Positions 23,198-33,731 of a stretch of DNA of 64,000 nt are shown here, in pieces. The DNA lies in assembly GCA_963789395.1 (NCBI GenBank), contig CAWBKP010000024.1, forward strand, positions 96,001-160,000. The letters are read 5' to 3'. This stretch comes from an uncultured delta proteobacterium. Its GTDB lineage: Bacteria > Desulfobacterota > Desulfobacteria > Desulfobacterales > Desulfatirhabdiaceae. The translations under genes and the position numbers were made by a program. Under the pieces are notes generated by a model. That model was not told the DNA's origin and searched no databases. It saw nothing but the letters and a program-made list of their open reading frames with translations. Within the stretch, counting starts at the first letter, position 1, and each line of letters starts with the position of its first letter.

Positions 23198-24160
23198 ATG
23201 ACAGAGAAAGTCGTTAAAACCGAACAGGAGTGGAAAAAGCTGCTGACGCCCGAGCAGTTTCACATCATGCGGGAGAAGGGGACTGAGCGGGCTTTTACCG
23301 GCAAGTACGCGGATCATCATGATCATGGCGTTTACCGCTGCGCGGGTTGTGATCTGGATCTGTTTTATTCGAAAGACAAATTTGAGTCCGGGACCGGTTG
23401 GCCGAGTTTTACGACTCCGGTTGCTCCGGAGAACATTGAGTCCCTGACTGACAACAGCCTGTTCATGACCCGGACCGAAGTCCTGTGCATCCGCTGCGGG
23501 GCGCATCTGGGTCATGTCTTTCCGGATGGCCCTTTGCCGACCGGCCTGCGTTACTGTATCAATTCGGCAGCCCTTGAGTTTGCGGCAATCGCCGCAGATG
23601 GAACAAAACCATTGGAAGCTCTTGCCGGTAAAACGGAAAAAGCCATCTTTGCCGGCGGATGTTTCTGGTGCATGGAGTCGCCATTTGAAAAACTGCCGGG
23701 GGTGATTTCGGTGATTTCCGGATACACCGGCGGCGTAAAAGAAAACCCGACATATGAGGAGGTGTCGTCCGGAGGAACCGGACACGCGGAGGCTGTTGAA
23801 ATAACATTTGATCCTGAAAAAATCGATTATGAAAAACTGCTGGAAGTTTTCTGGAAGAATATCGACCCGACCGCAGTTGACCGTCAGTTCGTGGATGTCG
23901 GAACCCAGTACCGGGCGGCGGTTTTCTATCTGAACGACCAGCAGAAAAGACTTGCCGAAGCATCCCGGGAAAAACTTCAGAAAACCGGCCGTTTCACCCG
24001 GCCGATCATGACCGAAATCAAACAGGCTTCCGTGTTTTATCCGGCTGAAGACTACCATCAGGATTATCACAAGAAAAATCCGATACGATACAATATCTAT
24101 CGCAATGGGTCCGGAAGGGATCAATTTCTGGACAGTATCTGGGGCAAAGACCGGAAATAA
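23198..24160 (+). CDS. msrAB: Bifunctional methionine sulfoxide reductase, MsrB-MsrA fusion
   Basis: MsrB GTERAF, SGTGWPSF, HLGHVFPDGP, RYCINS; MsrA AGGCFWC, GTGHAE, AEDYHQDY. Confidence 0.95.
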   Translation: MTEKVVKTEQEWKKLLTPEQFHIMREKGTERAFTGKYADHHDHGVYRCAGCDLDLFYSKDKFESGTGWPSFTTPVAPENIESLTDNSLFMTRTEVLCIRCGAHLGHVFPDGPLPTGLRYCINSAALEFAAIAADGTKPLEALAGKTEKAIFAGGCFWCMESPFEKLPGVISVISGYTGGVKENPTYEEVSSGGTGHAEAVEITFDPEKIDYEKLLEVFWKNIDPTAVDRQFVDVGTQYRAAVFYLNDQQKRLAEASREKLQKTGRFTRPIMTEIKQASVFYPAEDYHQDYHKKNPIRYNIYRNGSGRDQFLDSIWGKDRK

Positions 24161-24171
24161 GGATGCTTAAC

Positions 24172-24276
24172 ATGGCACGTCTCGACCAATTGCCTGAACC
24201 ATTGCGCTCTCACATTGCAACACTGCCATGTCCATTGTTTGAAACATCGACATGGTTAGCCGGCCCGGTGCTGTCA
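24172..24276 (+). pseudogene. N-terminal remnant of a glycine/sarcosine/betaine/D-proline reductase B-like small protein
   Basis: MARLDQLPEPLRSHIATLPCPLFETSTWLAGPVLS resembles, from memory, the start of that family, then similarity stops. Confidence 0.5.
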
Positions 24277-24354
24277 CTAACAAATGATAATGAAAACATG
24301 ACATGCAGCGGGGCCTTTCATGGACGACAAATTTTTCTGAGAGGATAAAATGTG

Positions 24355-25059
24355 ATGAAACGGGAAAAAAGCGGAAAAATAATCGTCAAGGTTGTCATGT
24401 TAGTTCTCATCGCGATAGGCATCGTCGTCTTCCGATATTATGACTTGGGACAATACCTTAAACTGGAGTACATCAAGTCGTCACAGGATAAATTTCACGC
24501 CCTCTACCTTTTGCACCGGTTTAGCGTCATTGCCGCCTATATGGGGATCTATATTACTGTCGCCGCCCTGTCGCTGCCTGGCGCCGCGGTGCTGACCCTG
24601 GCAGGCGGCGGGCTGTTCGGTTTGGCCGTTGGAACCGTGGCCGTCTCTTTTGCCAGCACCATCGGGGCCACCCTGGCCTGTTTGTTCTCTCGCTTTCTCT
24701 TGAGGGAATGGGTCCAGAACAAATTCGGCGACAAGCTTGTGACGATCAACGACGGCATTGAAAAAGAAGGGGCTTTTTATCTTTTTTCGCTTCGACTGGT
24801 ACCGATTTTTCCGTTTTTTGTCATCAATCTGCTCATGGGGCTTACCCGCATGCGTCTGTTCACCTTTTTCTGGGTGTCTCAGATCGGCATGCTTGCCGGG
24901 ACCATTGTCTATGTGAATGCCGGTAAAGAACTGGCCAAGATCAATTCCTTGTCCGGCATCCTGTCTCCGGGCGTTTTGATCTCCTTTGCGGTGCTTGGCC
25001 TTTTCCCGATCATCATGACAAAACTGCTGGCGCTTTATAAGCGGAAATCCGGATACTGA
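24355..25059 (+). CDS. TVP38/TMEM64 (DedA/VTT) family membrane protein
   Basis: LSLPGAAVLTLAGG, ASTIGAT, LRLVPIFPFFVIN, SQIGMLAGT. Confidence 0.92.
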   Translation: MKREKSGKIIVKVVMLVLIAIGIVVFRYYDLGQYLKLEYIKSSQDKFHALYLLHRFSVIAAYMGIYITVAALSLPGAAVLTLAGGGLFGLAVGTVAVSFASTIGATLACLFSRFLLREWVQNKFGDKLVTINDGIEKEGAFYLFSLRLVPIFPFFVINLLMGLTRMRLFTFFWVSQIGMLAGTIVYVNAGKELAKINSLSGILSPGVLISFAVLGLFPIIMTKLLALYKRKSGY

Positions 25060-25214
25060 TCCCCGCCTTCGCGCCGTCAGACCGGCTGGACGGGGCTTGT
25101 GGCCAAACTTATCCAGCAATCGGGGACAATTTTTTCATAGCAATTGGACGGATCATGCCGGAACCACTTCGTCAACCCCCTACGATGCTTAGAAAGAAAA
25201 GGAGCAGCAAGTCC

Positions 25215-26042
25215 ATGAAAATATGTATACATTCGATTTCCATCACCTGCATGGCCGCATTTCTTCTGGCCGCAGTGTCAGCAGCCTCGGCAGGCGTTGG
25301 TTCGGCCCAGGCGTTCGACCAGACGTATGAGAGCTATGACAAGGTTTTGAAGACAACCGTCGCGGATGGCCGCGTGAACTATAGCGGCCTGAAAAGTGCC
25401 CCCAAAGCACTGGAGTCTTATCTGGACAGTGCGGCCGGGGTCCCGGAAGAACAATTCAACTCATGGACGGAATCCCAGCGATTGGCGTTCCTGATCAACC
25501 TTTACAATGCGGCCACATTGAAGCTGATTATTGATCACTATCCGGTCAAGAGCATCAAGGACATCGGCAATTTCTTCAAGGGACCGTGGGATCAGCCTGC
25601 TGTAAAACTGTTCGGCAAGACCATCACCTTGAACCATCTGGAGCACGGCATCCTGCGCAAGCAGTATAGCGAGCCGCGTCTCCACATGGTTCTGGTCTGT
25701 GCCGCAAAGGGCTGCCCTGCTACTTCGCAACGAAGCTTACCATGCCGAAAAACTGGATGAACAGCTCAACGACCAGTCCCGGCGATATCTGCTTAGCCCG
25801 GCCGGGCTGAGCATTGACCGCGAGAAAAAGGTTGTCTATTTCTCATCGATATTTAAGTGGTACGGGGAAGACTTTATTGCCAAGTACTCGCCGAATGCCG
25901 GATTCACCGGGCTCGACAAGACCGAGCGCGCAGTTGCAAACTTTTGCAGCGCATACCTTGTCTCCGCAGACAGTGACTTTCTTTCGGCCGGAGGGTATCG
26001 GTCAAATACCTGGATTATGACTGGTCGTTGAACGAGAAATAG
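25215..26042 (+). CDS. DUF547 secreted protein (two indels)
   Basis: Signal peptide; LAFLINLYNA, EPRLHMVLVCAAKGCP, SSIFKWYGEDF, YDWSLNE. Confidence 0.88.
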
Positions 26043-26095
26043 AAAAACAGCCGTAGATAAATGCAATCAACAGATTGAGCATCGGAGGGATATCA

Positions 26096-27625
26096 ATGTC
26101 AAAAGATGAAAATGATCAAAATATATTAAATCCGTGGGACAAGTATAACCAGCAGCTGGCAGTCGCACGTTCATCCGGCCGATTGGAAGAATCCGAAACC
26201 CGCATCACGCTACAATCTGGTGGTCATCGGCGCCGGAACCGCAGGGCTCGTATGCGCGGCGGGAGCAGCCGGCCTGGGGGCAAAGGTTGCCTTGATCGAG
26301 CGTCACCTGATGGGGGGCGACTGCCTGAATGTCGGCTGTGTGCCGTCCAAGGCCTTGATCAGCGCATCCCGCGCTGCCGCTGCCGTGCGGGATGCCGGAG
26401 AGTTCGGGGTGCACGTTCCGGATGGCGTGAAGGTTGATTTCGGGCAAGCCATGGAGCGGATGCGCCGGTTGCGGGCATCCATTGCCCCGAACGACTCCGT
26501 CAAGCGGTTCACCGACCTGGGGATCGATGTGTTTATCGGCGCGGGGCGATTTGTCGATTCCAGTACAGTTGAAGTCGGAGGCGAGCGGCTGTCCTTTAAA
26601 AAGGCGGTCATCGCCACGGGCGCACGGGCTTCGGCCCCTCCCATCGTTGGGGCTGGACGAAGTGGCGTATCTGACCAATGAAACCCTGTTTTCCCTGACC
26701 GAGCTTCCCAAGCGGCTGGCCGTCATCGGCGCAGGGCCCATCGGCTGCGAAATGGCCCAGGCATTTGCCCGTTTCGGATCGGAAGTGTTTCTGCTGGAAA
26801 CCGTTCATGGCATCCTGCCCAGGGAAGACAGCGATGCCTCGGCCCTGGTTCTTGAATCCATGGTCAAGGACGGCGTCAAGCTTCTTTGCTGCGGCAAGGA
26901 GTTGAAGCTGTCCAGGGCAGATGGCGGCGGGATCCGCCTGGTCGTTGAATCGCATGGCAAAGGATATGATCTCGTGGTTGACAGGCTTCTGGTCGCGGTG
27001 GGGCGTTCCCCCAATGTCGAGAACCTGGGGCTGGAAGAGGCGGGCGTGGTCTACACGAAAAAAGGCGTCCAGGTGAATGATCAGCTTCAAACAACCGTTC
27101 CCAATATTTATGCGGCAGGGGACATCTGCTCGCCGTATCAATTCACCCATGCAGCCGATTTCATGGCCCGCATCGTGATTCGAAACGCCTTGTTCTTTGG
27201 CCGTGCCAAGGCCAGTGCGCTGACCATTCCCTGGTGCACCTACACGGAGCCCGAAATCGCCCATGTCGGGACTATACGAGAATCAGGCGCAGGAACAAGG
27301 GATCGAAATTGATACATTCACACGGGAATTACATGACGTCGACCGATCGATTCTTGAAGGCCGCACCAATGGTCTGGTGCGCGTGCATGTTCGCAAAGGC
27401 ACGGACCGGATCATCGGCGCAACGATTGTTGCATCCAATGCCGGAGATATGATATCCGAGATTACGCTGGCCATGACAAACGGTCTGGGACTTAAGCACA
27501 TTGCCGGGACCATCCACCCTTACCCGACCCAGGCCGAGGCGATCCGGCAGGTTGCGGACGCTTACAATCGCACGCGGCTGACGCCGATGGTCAAGAAACT
27601 TTTTTCAAGGTGGATGGCATGGTAG
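26096..27625 (+). CDS. MerA-like / dihydrolipoamide dehydrogenase-like FAD-dependent disulfide oxidoreductase (indels)
   Basis: VIGAGTAG, GGDCLNVGCVPSK, GAGPIGCE, YAAGD, HPYPTQAE; lacks the C-terminal Cys-Cys of true MerA. Confidence 0.88.
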
Positions 27626-27680
27626 CGGTGACCGGATGGCGGATTGTCTTATCAAACAACAACCCGAGAAGAGGGAAAAC

Positions 27681-28016
27681 ATGACGCAATCCTATTATGA
27701 ACCCAAGGACCTGGCCGACTTTCCGAATATCGGAGAGTTTGCTCCGGAAGAAGCGAAAAAATTCTTTGATTATTATGCCCAGGCCACCGGACCGGGCAAA
27801 TTGACGGAGCGGGAAAAGTCTCTGATCGCGCTTGTCGTTGCGACCGTGCGGCATTGTCCCTACTGCATCGATGCCTACACCAACAAATGCCTCTCGCTGG
27901 GGGTGGACAATGACGAGATGATGGAGGCCGTCCATGTGGGCGCTGCCATGGTGGCCGGAGATGTTCTGGCTCATGCGACACAGATCCGCAAAATCATCCG
28001 GAAAAAAGGAATGTAA
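27681..28016 (+). CDS. AhpD/CMD-family peroxidase-like protein associated with ArsS (TIGR04169-like)
   Basis: YYEPKDL..F..IGE, LTEREKSLIAL, CPYCIDAY, MMEAVHV. Confidence 0.85.
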   Translation: MTQSYYEPKDLADFPNIGEFAPEEAKKFFDYYAQATGPGKLTEREKSLIALVVATVRHCPYCIDAYTNKCLSLGVDNDEMMEAVHVGAAMVAGDVLAHATQIRKIIRKKGM

Positions 28017-29023
28017 TGCCGATGTCGAGACAGATGGCGCTCTTATCAGAAACTGCGGCGGAGAATCGTTTTCCACCGTTATCCGCAAATCAGGGATTTC
28101 TTCCTTGTGCGCAGAGGGAATCGAGATTCTTCAGATGAACATCACCCGGCAATGCAATCTCAGTTGCCGGCACTGTCATGTGGAGGCCGGTCCGGACAGA
28201 AACGAGAGCATGGACCGAAAAACCCTTGAACTCTGTCTTCTGGCAGCCGATACACACGCTATCGGGACCATTGACGTTACCGGCGGTTCGCCGGAGCTTC
28301 ACCCGGATCTTCCCTGGTTTCTGGAACAGGCTGTCCGGACCGGCCGCCGGGTCATTGTCAGAAGCAATCTCGTCATTCTCCAGGATTTGAAATATGCTTT
28401 TTATCTGGATCTCTTCGCCCGCCTGGGCATCGAAGTCGTGGGCTCCGTTCCGGACTACCGGTTGGATCGCGCCGAACGCCAGCGCGGGAAGAGCACGTTT
28501 CTGCAGGCCATAGCGTCCATCCGCGAGCTGAACAAAAGAGGGTATGGCATGCCGGGCAGCGGGCTAACCCTGAGCCTGGCTCATAACCCCTCCGGCGCCT
28601 ACCTGCCCGCGGGCCAGGCGTCTCTGGAGCATGAGTACCGGTTTCGTCTTCGGGAAGCGTATGGAATCGAGTTCAACCGCTTATTCTGCCTGACGAACTG
28701 TCCGGTGGGCCGCTATCTGGAGTATCTGGTCAGCAGCGAGAATTTTGATGATTATATGTGTACGCTTAAGAAATGCCTTCAATCCCGCCGCAGTGCGAAA
28801 TGTGATGTGCCGGACCACGCTGTCCGTGGGATGGGACGGTCGCCTTTTTGATTGCGATTTTAACCAGATGCTGGATATGTCCGTGAACAGCGGCGCGTCA
28901 AAGCATATCCGTGATTTTGATTTCGATAAGCTGGCGAGCCGGGAAATCATGATTATGAATCATTGTTTTGCCTGTACGGCCGGCGCGGGGTCCTCCTGCC
29001 AGGGAGAGCTGGCCCCCTCATAG
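28016..29023 (+). CDS. arsS: Radical SAM protein ArsS-like (TIGR04167/DUF3641), Cys form (indels)
   Basis: CNLSCRHCHVEAGP, DVTGGSPE, NPSGAYLP, MCRTTLSVGWDGRLFDCDFNQML, HCFACTAGAGSSCQG; TAATG coupling to the upstream gene. Confidence 0.88.
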
Positions 29024-29045
29024 GGAAGCGAAAAAGGGTGCGGGT

Positions 29046-29829
29046 TTATCTGTTCGATTTGTTCCCGTAATACTTCCGGTAAAAATCATCGCAGTCGCCG
29101 GAAAGACGCCCGAATCTTCTTTTGATCAGATAAAGCGCCGTCAGGTAGATAACGTTCCGGAAATTGGAGCCATATCCGGCACGCTGCCACATTCTGCTGG
29201 AAGAGATCACGCCGCGGGGGATGAAGAGGACCGCGCCGTCTTCTTTCATTCGAAGGGACAGCTCGACGTCTTCCATCAGTTTGATGGCCGGAAAACTGTC
29301 CGCGAACAAGTCGCGCCTGAAAAACTGGGCCTGATCCCCGAATGAAATGCCTGAAACAACAGCCCTGAATCTGTTCAGAACCTCTATCCAGCGCATCCTG
29401 ATCCGTTTGTCGTCATAGATGGCGCCGAAACAGCCGCCGACTGCGCCGGGTTTGTTGCGCAGCGCAGCGAGCATGCGGGAAATCGTGTCAGGCAGAAGCC
29501 GCGAATCCGCATGGAGCACCATGACGATGTCATGCCGCGCATGGCAGACGCCTGTTTGCGATCTGGATTCCCCTTCCGGGAGCTGAAGAAAAAAGCCTGA
29601 CCCCGGAAAGGGTTTCCACGATTTCGCGGGTGCGATCCGTTGACCCGCCGTCAACCACAATGATTTCGGCGGGTTCTCCCGCTTTTTGAACGGAGTGGAT
29701 GCAGTCCCCGATATTTTTTTCTTCATTGCAGGTCGGGATGATTACCGAAACGCCGCGGGCGGCCGGAAAACGGGCAGTCCGGATTTTCAGGGGTGTTCCC
29801 ATCACTGTCTTTCCAACATGACTGAGCAC
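29046..29829 (-). CDS. GT2 glycosyltransferase, TIGR04283-like (indels; 5' end unclear or truncated)
   Basis: VSVIIPTCNEE, IIVVDGGSTDRT, GRG.Q, LHADS, FGDQAQF, LMEDVELS, SSRMW. Confidence 0.8.
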
Positions 29830-29879
29830 TCCATGGAAACCGAAATCCGACGGAAGCGAGCTGGTTGCCGGACTTGATT

Positions 29880-31235
29880 TCAGGACAACGCGGAGTTTGA
29901 GGGAGCCGCCTCTTTTTTTGCCATGGACTTGCGGAGTAGGTCCATCTGCAGCAGGGCGTCATATACGGGTTTATCTTTGAAATACTCGGGAATGCTGTAG
30001 GATATGATGGAGACGATCATCAGCGGCAGCAGCAAATCATAGGCACCAGTCATTTCCAGTATCAGAATGGTGCCGGTGATGGGTGCTCGGACAATCGCCG
30101 AAAAATATCCCGCCATTCCCAAAACTCCCCAGACCGTGAAGTCAAACGCTGCGGTCGGATAAATAGTGAGCACGACATACCCGAAAAATGAACCGGTCAA
30201 TGCGCCAAGTAGAAGCAGGGGGGCAAAAATGCCTCCAGGGGCTCCGGTACTGTAGCTGACCATGGTAAGGAGAAACCTCAGGATAAAATACAGTAGGAGC
30301 TGAGGGGGCCCGACTGCATTCCGCAATACTTTTTCAGTGAGGTCCCCGCCGGTTCCCAAAGATTCCGGCAGCACAAGCCCTATCAGTCCGAATCCGATGC
30401 CGATGGCGCAAGCAATTAGAATTTTATTTAGTAACGTGAAGCGCTGGAAATAATCGGATGCGCCCAGAAGGGATTTGTTGAATAACAGGCCAAGATACCC
30501 CAGAAAAAGTCCCATCAATATAAAAAACGGGAACATGCCGAGCTGGGGATATTTGAATATGGTAATATGAAAAACAGGCAGGTGGCCCATAAGCAAACGG
30601 CAAACAATATCGGCGGTCACGCATGCGACAAAAGCGGTTACCAGTACAATGCGATTGAAGCTGTTCTGTAATTCTTCCATTACAAAAAAAACCCCTGCAA
30701 GGGGCGCATTGAAGGCGGCTGCCAGGCCGGCGCCGGCACCGGCTGAAATCAATATTTTCCGTTCAACTCGGTTCGGGGCAAGAAGATCTCCAAAAATCTT
30801 AGCGATGGCCGCTCCCATTTGAACGGTCGGCCCTTCTCTTCCCAGAGCCAGTCCGCTGCCTATTCCGATGACGCCTCCGATGAATTTTACAAAGAGAACA
30901 CGCCAGGCACGTAGGGGGAAAAAACCTTCCAGATACCCCTTTAAATTGGGAATACCGCTGCCGCCCGCATCCGGGGCGAATTTGGCTGTAATAAACACAA
31001 CCAAAGCAACGCAAACACCAAAGAGTATCGCCGGTAACGGCCAATAATAGAATTCATGGGATTTTGCAAAGGAGATAAACGTATTCCGCAGTCTTTCTGC
31101 ATAATCCAGGCTGATACGAAAACCGACGGCAGTCAGCCCGGCAATGAGGCCGATTAATAGGCCTTTCAGTGACAGGATTCTTCTTTTAAGGATGATTCGG
31201 GACTGCTCCGATGGCGGATCTGGATGACTCTGCAT
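29880..31235 (-). CDS. clcA: ClC H+/Cl- exchange transporter
   Basis: GSGIP, GREGPTVQMG, AAAFNAPLAG, GGIFAP, VRAPITG, PVYD. Confidence 0.93.
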   Translation of the reverse strand: MQSHPDPPSEQSRIILKRRILSLKGLLIGLIAGLTAVGFRISLDYAERLRNTFISFAKSHEFYYWPLPAILFGVCVALVVFITAKFAPDAGGSGIPNLKGYLEGFFPLRAWRVLFVKFIGGVIGIGSGLALGREGPTVQMGAAIAKIFGDLLAPNRVERKILISAGAGAGLAAAFNAPLAGVFFVMEELQNSFNRIVLVTAFVACVTADIVCRLLMGHLPVFHITIFKYPQLGMFPFFILMGLFLGYLGLLFNKSLLGASDYFQRFTLLNKILIACAIGIGFGLIGLVLPESLGTGGDLTEKVLRNAVGPPQLLLYFILRFLLTMVSYSTGAPGGIFAPLLLLGALTGSFFGYVVLTIYPTAAFDFTVWGVLGMAGYFSAIVRAPITGTILILEMTGAYDLLLPLMIVSIISYSIPEYFKDKPVYDALLQMDLLRKSMAKKEAAPSNSALS

Positions 31236-31538
31236 TATATTTCTTTCATTGGCGGAGAAAATAACTAATTATAGTTATCTTACAGGACGTTGAAGATCTT
31301 CTCAAGTTCTTTATTGCGGGCATAAGGACAATGCCGATATTTCCGATAGACCATGCGAGATGGAACAAAAAGAGATGCCGGTGATATGAAGATTGATATT
31401 GTGTGTCAATTAAATTTGGATTACAAATTACGGGGAGCGGGATCGGTAATGAGGGAATGATGCTGCAAAATGCAGAGGCTTTTAATGGGAATCCGGCATT
31501 GGGAATGCCAGAGCATTAAAAAAGACACGGGCGATAAA

Positions 31539-31773
31539 ATGAACGAGGAAGAGGATTCACTGACCCGGAAAAGCCGTATGAGGACAATTATCAATATGAT
31601 TGCTGGCACGGTGATCATCGCCGTTCTGGTTGTTGCGGCAAGAATCTTTGATTCTACAACAGTTTATTTGCGATGCGTTGTTAAGGATATCCGGTCTGTT
31701 GGCGACGGTTGCGGTTACGGTGTTTGTCACGCGTCTGGCGAGAAAAGCCCTGTCATCGAGCATTTCTCCGTGA
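31539..31773 (+). pseudogene. Internally deleted TVP38/TMEM64-family gene (N- and C-terminal helices only)
   Basis: IIAVLVVAARIFD|LQQFICDALLRISGL joined directly to LATVAVTVFVTRLARKAL*; core VTT domain absent. Confidence 0.6.
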
Positions 31774-31799
31774 ACAAAACGTACACTGATAAGTCTCCG

Positions 31800-33225
31800 A
31801 TGACGCATCATGACAAACTGATCCTCTTTACCCGGTATCCGGAGCCCGGGACCACCAAGACGCGTCTGATAGCCGCACTCGGCGCCGACGGCGCCGCAGA
31901 ACTTCACAGGCAGATGGCGGAGCGGGCTGTTGGCGTGGCGCGCGAGTTGAGAGCAATGACCGGCGTTGCCGTTGAAATAAGGTATGACGGCGGCGATGAT
32001 TGCAGAATGCGTCAGTGGCTCGGAAATGACATGGTGTATGCCGTGCAGACCGGCCTGGACCTGGGCGAGCGGATGGACCATGCCTTTAAAGACGGGTTTG
32101 ATCGGGGATATGACCGGATTGTCGTTATGGGCTCGGACTGCCCGGAGCTGACGGCCGGGATCCTTAAAGAGGCGTTTCAGTCGCTGGATCGCCATCCGGT
32201 GGTGCTCGGGCCTGCCGCTGACGGCGGGTATTATCTCATCGGCCTGAAACAGCGGTTTCCCCGAGTTTTTCAGGAAATTCCCTGGGGGACGGCGTCTGTT
32301 CTGGAATCGACCCGTAAAACGCTCTTGTCCCTTGAAGTTCCCTTTGCGCTGCTGGAGCGATTGGGTGATGTGGACACGCCGGAAGATTTGCATATCTGGG
32401 AAAACTTTCAAAAAACACGGATCAGCCGCGACAACTCTCTTTCCGTCATTATTCCGTCACTGAACGAATCCGACCATATCCGGCAAGCCATTCAAAGCGC
32501 CCGTAGCGGAAATCCGCTGGAGGTCATCGTTGTAGACGGCGGCAGCTGTGATGGGACGGTTCAACTTGCTGTCAAATCCGGGGCAACGGTCATTCAGGCG
32601 CCTCGGGGCAGGGCGGTTCAGATGAATGCCGGCGCCGAAATTTCACGGGGCCACCATCTTCTTTTTCTGCATGCCGATACCCGTCTTCCGGACAGGTACG
32701 CGCTTTTCGTTAGCGAAATACTGAATGATTCGGCGTGCAGGCGGCGCGTTTCGTTTTGGCGTTGCGCAGCCGTTTCCAGGACGGAGGCTGGTCGAATGGA
32801 TGACCAATTTCCGCGCGCGCCATCTTCAAATGCCTTATGGCGATCAGGCGATTTTTGTCCGCAGGCAGGATTTTATGGACATGGGCGGCTACAACCCCCT
32901 GCCGATCATGGAGGACTACGAATTTATCAGAAGGCTGAGGCGCAGAGGGCGCATCGTGATCGCGGGTGCAACTGCCATGACCGCCGGCAGAAGGTGGCTT
33001 GCGCTTGGCGCGCTACAAACCACGCTGATCAACCAACTGGTCATTTCAGCCTACCATTGCGGCGTTGCGCCTGAAAGGCTGGCCATGTTTTATAGAACAC
33101 GAAAAATAATGAGCCCGAAAACGATTAACGCTTTTAAGGAGGATTCACGCCGTGAGGTATCCCAAGGAAGTCGTTCTGAAAGAAGGAAAGGAAGCTGTCA
33201 TTCGTCCGCTGGAAAAACACGATGA
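31800..33225 (+). CDS. Fused TIGR04282-like (DUF2064) and TIGR04283-like glycosyltransferase (indel near 32740; 3' end approximate)
   Basis: LILFTRYPEPGTTKTRL, DLGERM, GSDCP, GPAADGGYYLIG, DVDTPEDL, then SVIIPSLNE, GRAVQMNAGA, LHADT, YGDQAIF, IMEDYEF. Confidence 0.9.
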
Positions 33226-33706
33226 AGGCCTGCTGGTCCGGTTTTATGCGGAGCTGCCGGAGTCCGACAGGTGGTTTATGCGATACGACGTGCTGGATCC
33301 GAACGTGATTCGCAAGTGGGTGGATGGCATCGACTCCGCAACCGTGTTTTCCATTGTTGCGGTGACGGAAGATAAAATCGTGGGACATGCCGGTCTTCAT
33401 CTTCGGGGGTTTGGCTGTACCCGGCATGTGGGAAGAATCCGGGTGGTGATTCTGCCGGAATACCGCCATATCCGCCTGGGAACCTGGATGCTTCTGGACT
33501 TGATTCAACAGGGCATGGACAAGGGCCTGGAAGAACTTCGGACCGATCTTGTTGTCGGGGTTGAAGACCCGGCCATCGAAGCGGCACACAAACTGGATTT
33601 TTTCGAGCGGGGTGAATTGAAAAATTATGTGAAGGATTCGTGCGGCAATTTGCACAATCTTGTTATCATGACCAAACGATTGCACAAGAACTGGGGGGAT
33701 TTTTAA
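33152..33706 (+). CDS. GNAT N-acetyltransferase (Pat/Acs-associated type)
   Basis: YPKEVVLKEG..VIRPL, IVGHAGL, PEYRHIRLGTWM; AGGAGG RBS. Confidence 0.82.
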   Translation: MRYPKEVVLKEGKEAVIRPLEKHDEGLLVRFYAELPESDRWFMRYDVLDPNVIRKWVDGIDSATVFSIVAVTEDKIVGHAGLHLRGFGCTRHVGRIRVVILPEYRHIRLGTWMLLDLIQQGMDKGLEELRTDLVVGVEDPAIEAAHKLDFFERGELKNYVKDSCGNLHNLVIMTKRLHKNWGDF

Positions 33707-33731
33707 GCGCTGCGGACGGAGGTGCGGTTAA

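Noticed and set aside
23174..24124. 316-aa minus-strand ORF
   Set aside because: Antisense shadow of msrBA with no recognisable motifs
26096..27625. Mercury resistance (merA)
   Set aside because: No C-terminal Cys-Cys, no NmerA domain and no merRTP genes
28016..29023. Selenocysteine recoding in ArsS or neighbouring genes
   Set aside because: The motif is GSSCQG with a Cys codon; the apparent TGA stops elsewhere (for example 17828, 52898, 54704) are explained by frameshifts
31236..31400. Fluoride riboswitch upstream of the ClC gene
   Set aside because: No consensus match, and the protein has canonical GSGIP/GREGP chloride motifs rather than fluoride-type motifs
31470..33074. 534-aa ORF as a membrane-anchored glycosyltransferase
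   Set aside because: The N-terminal part belongs to the deleted TVP38 gene; the transferase starts at 31800
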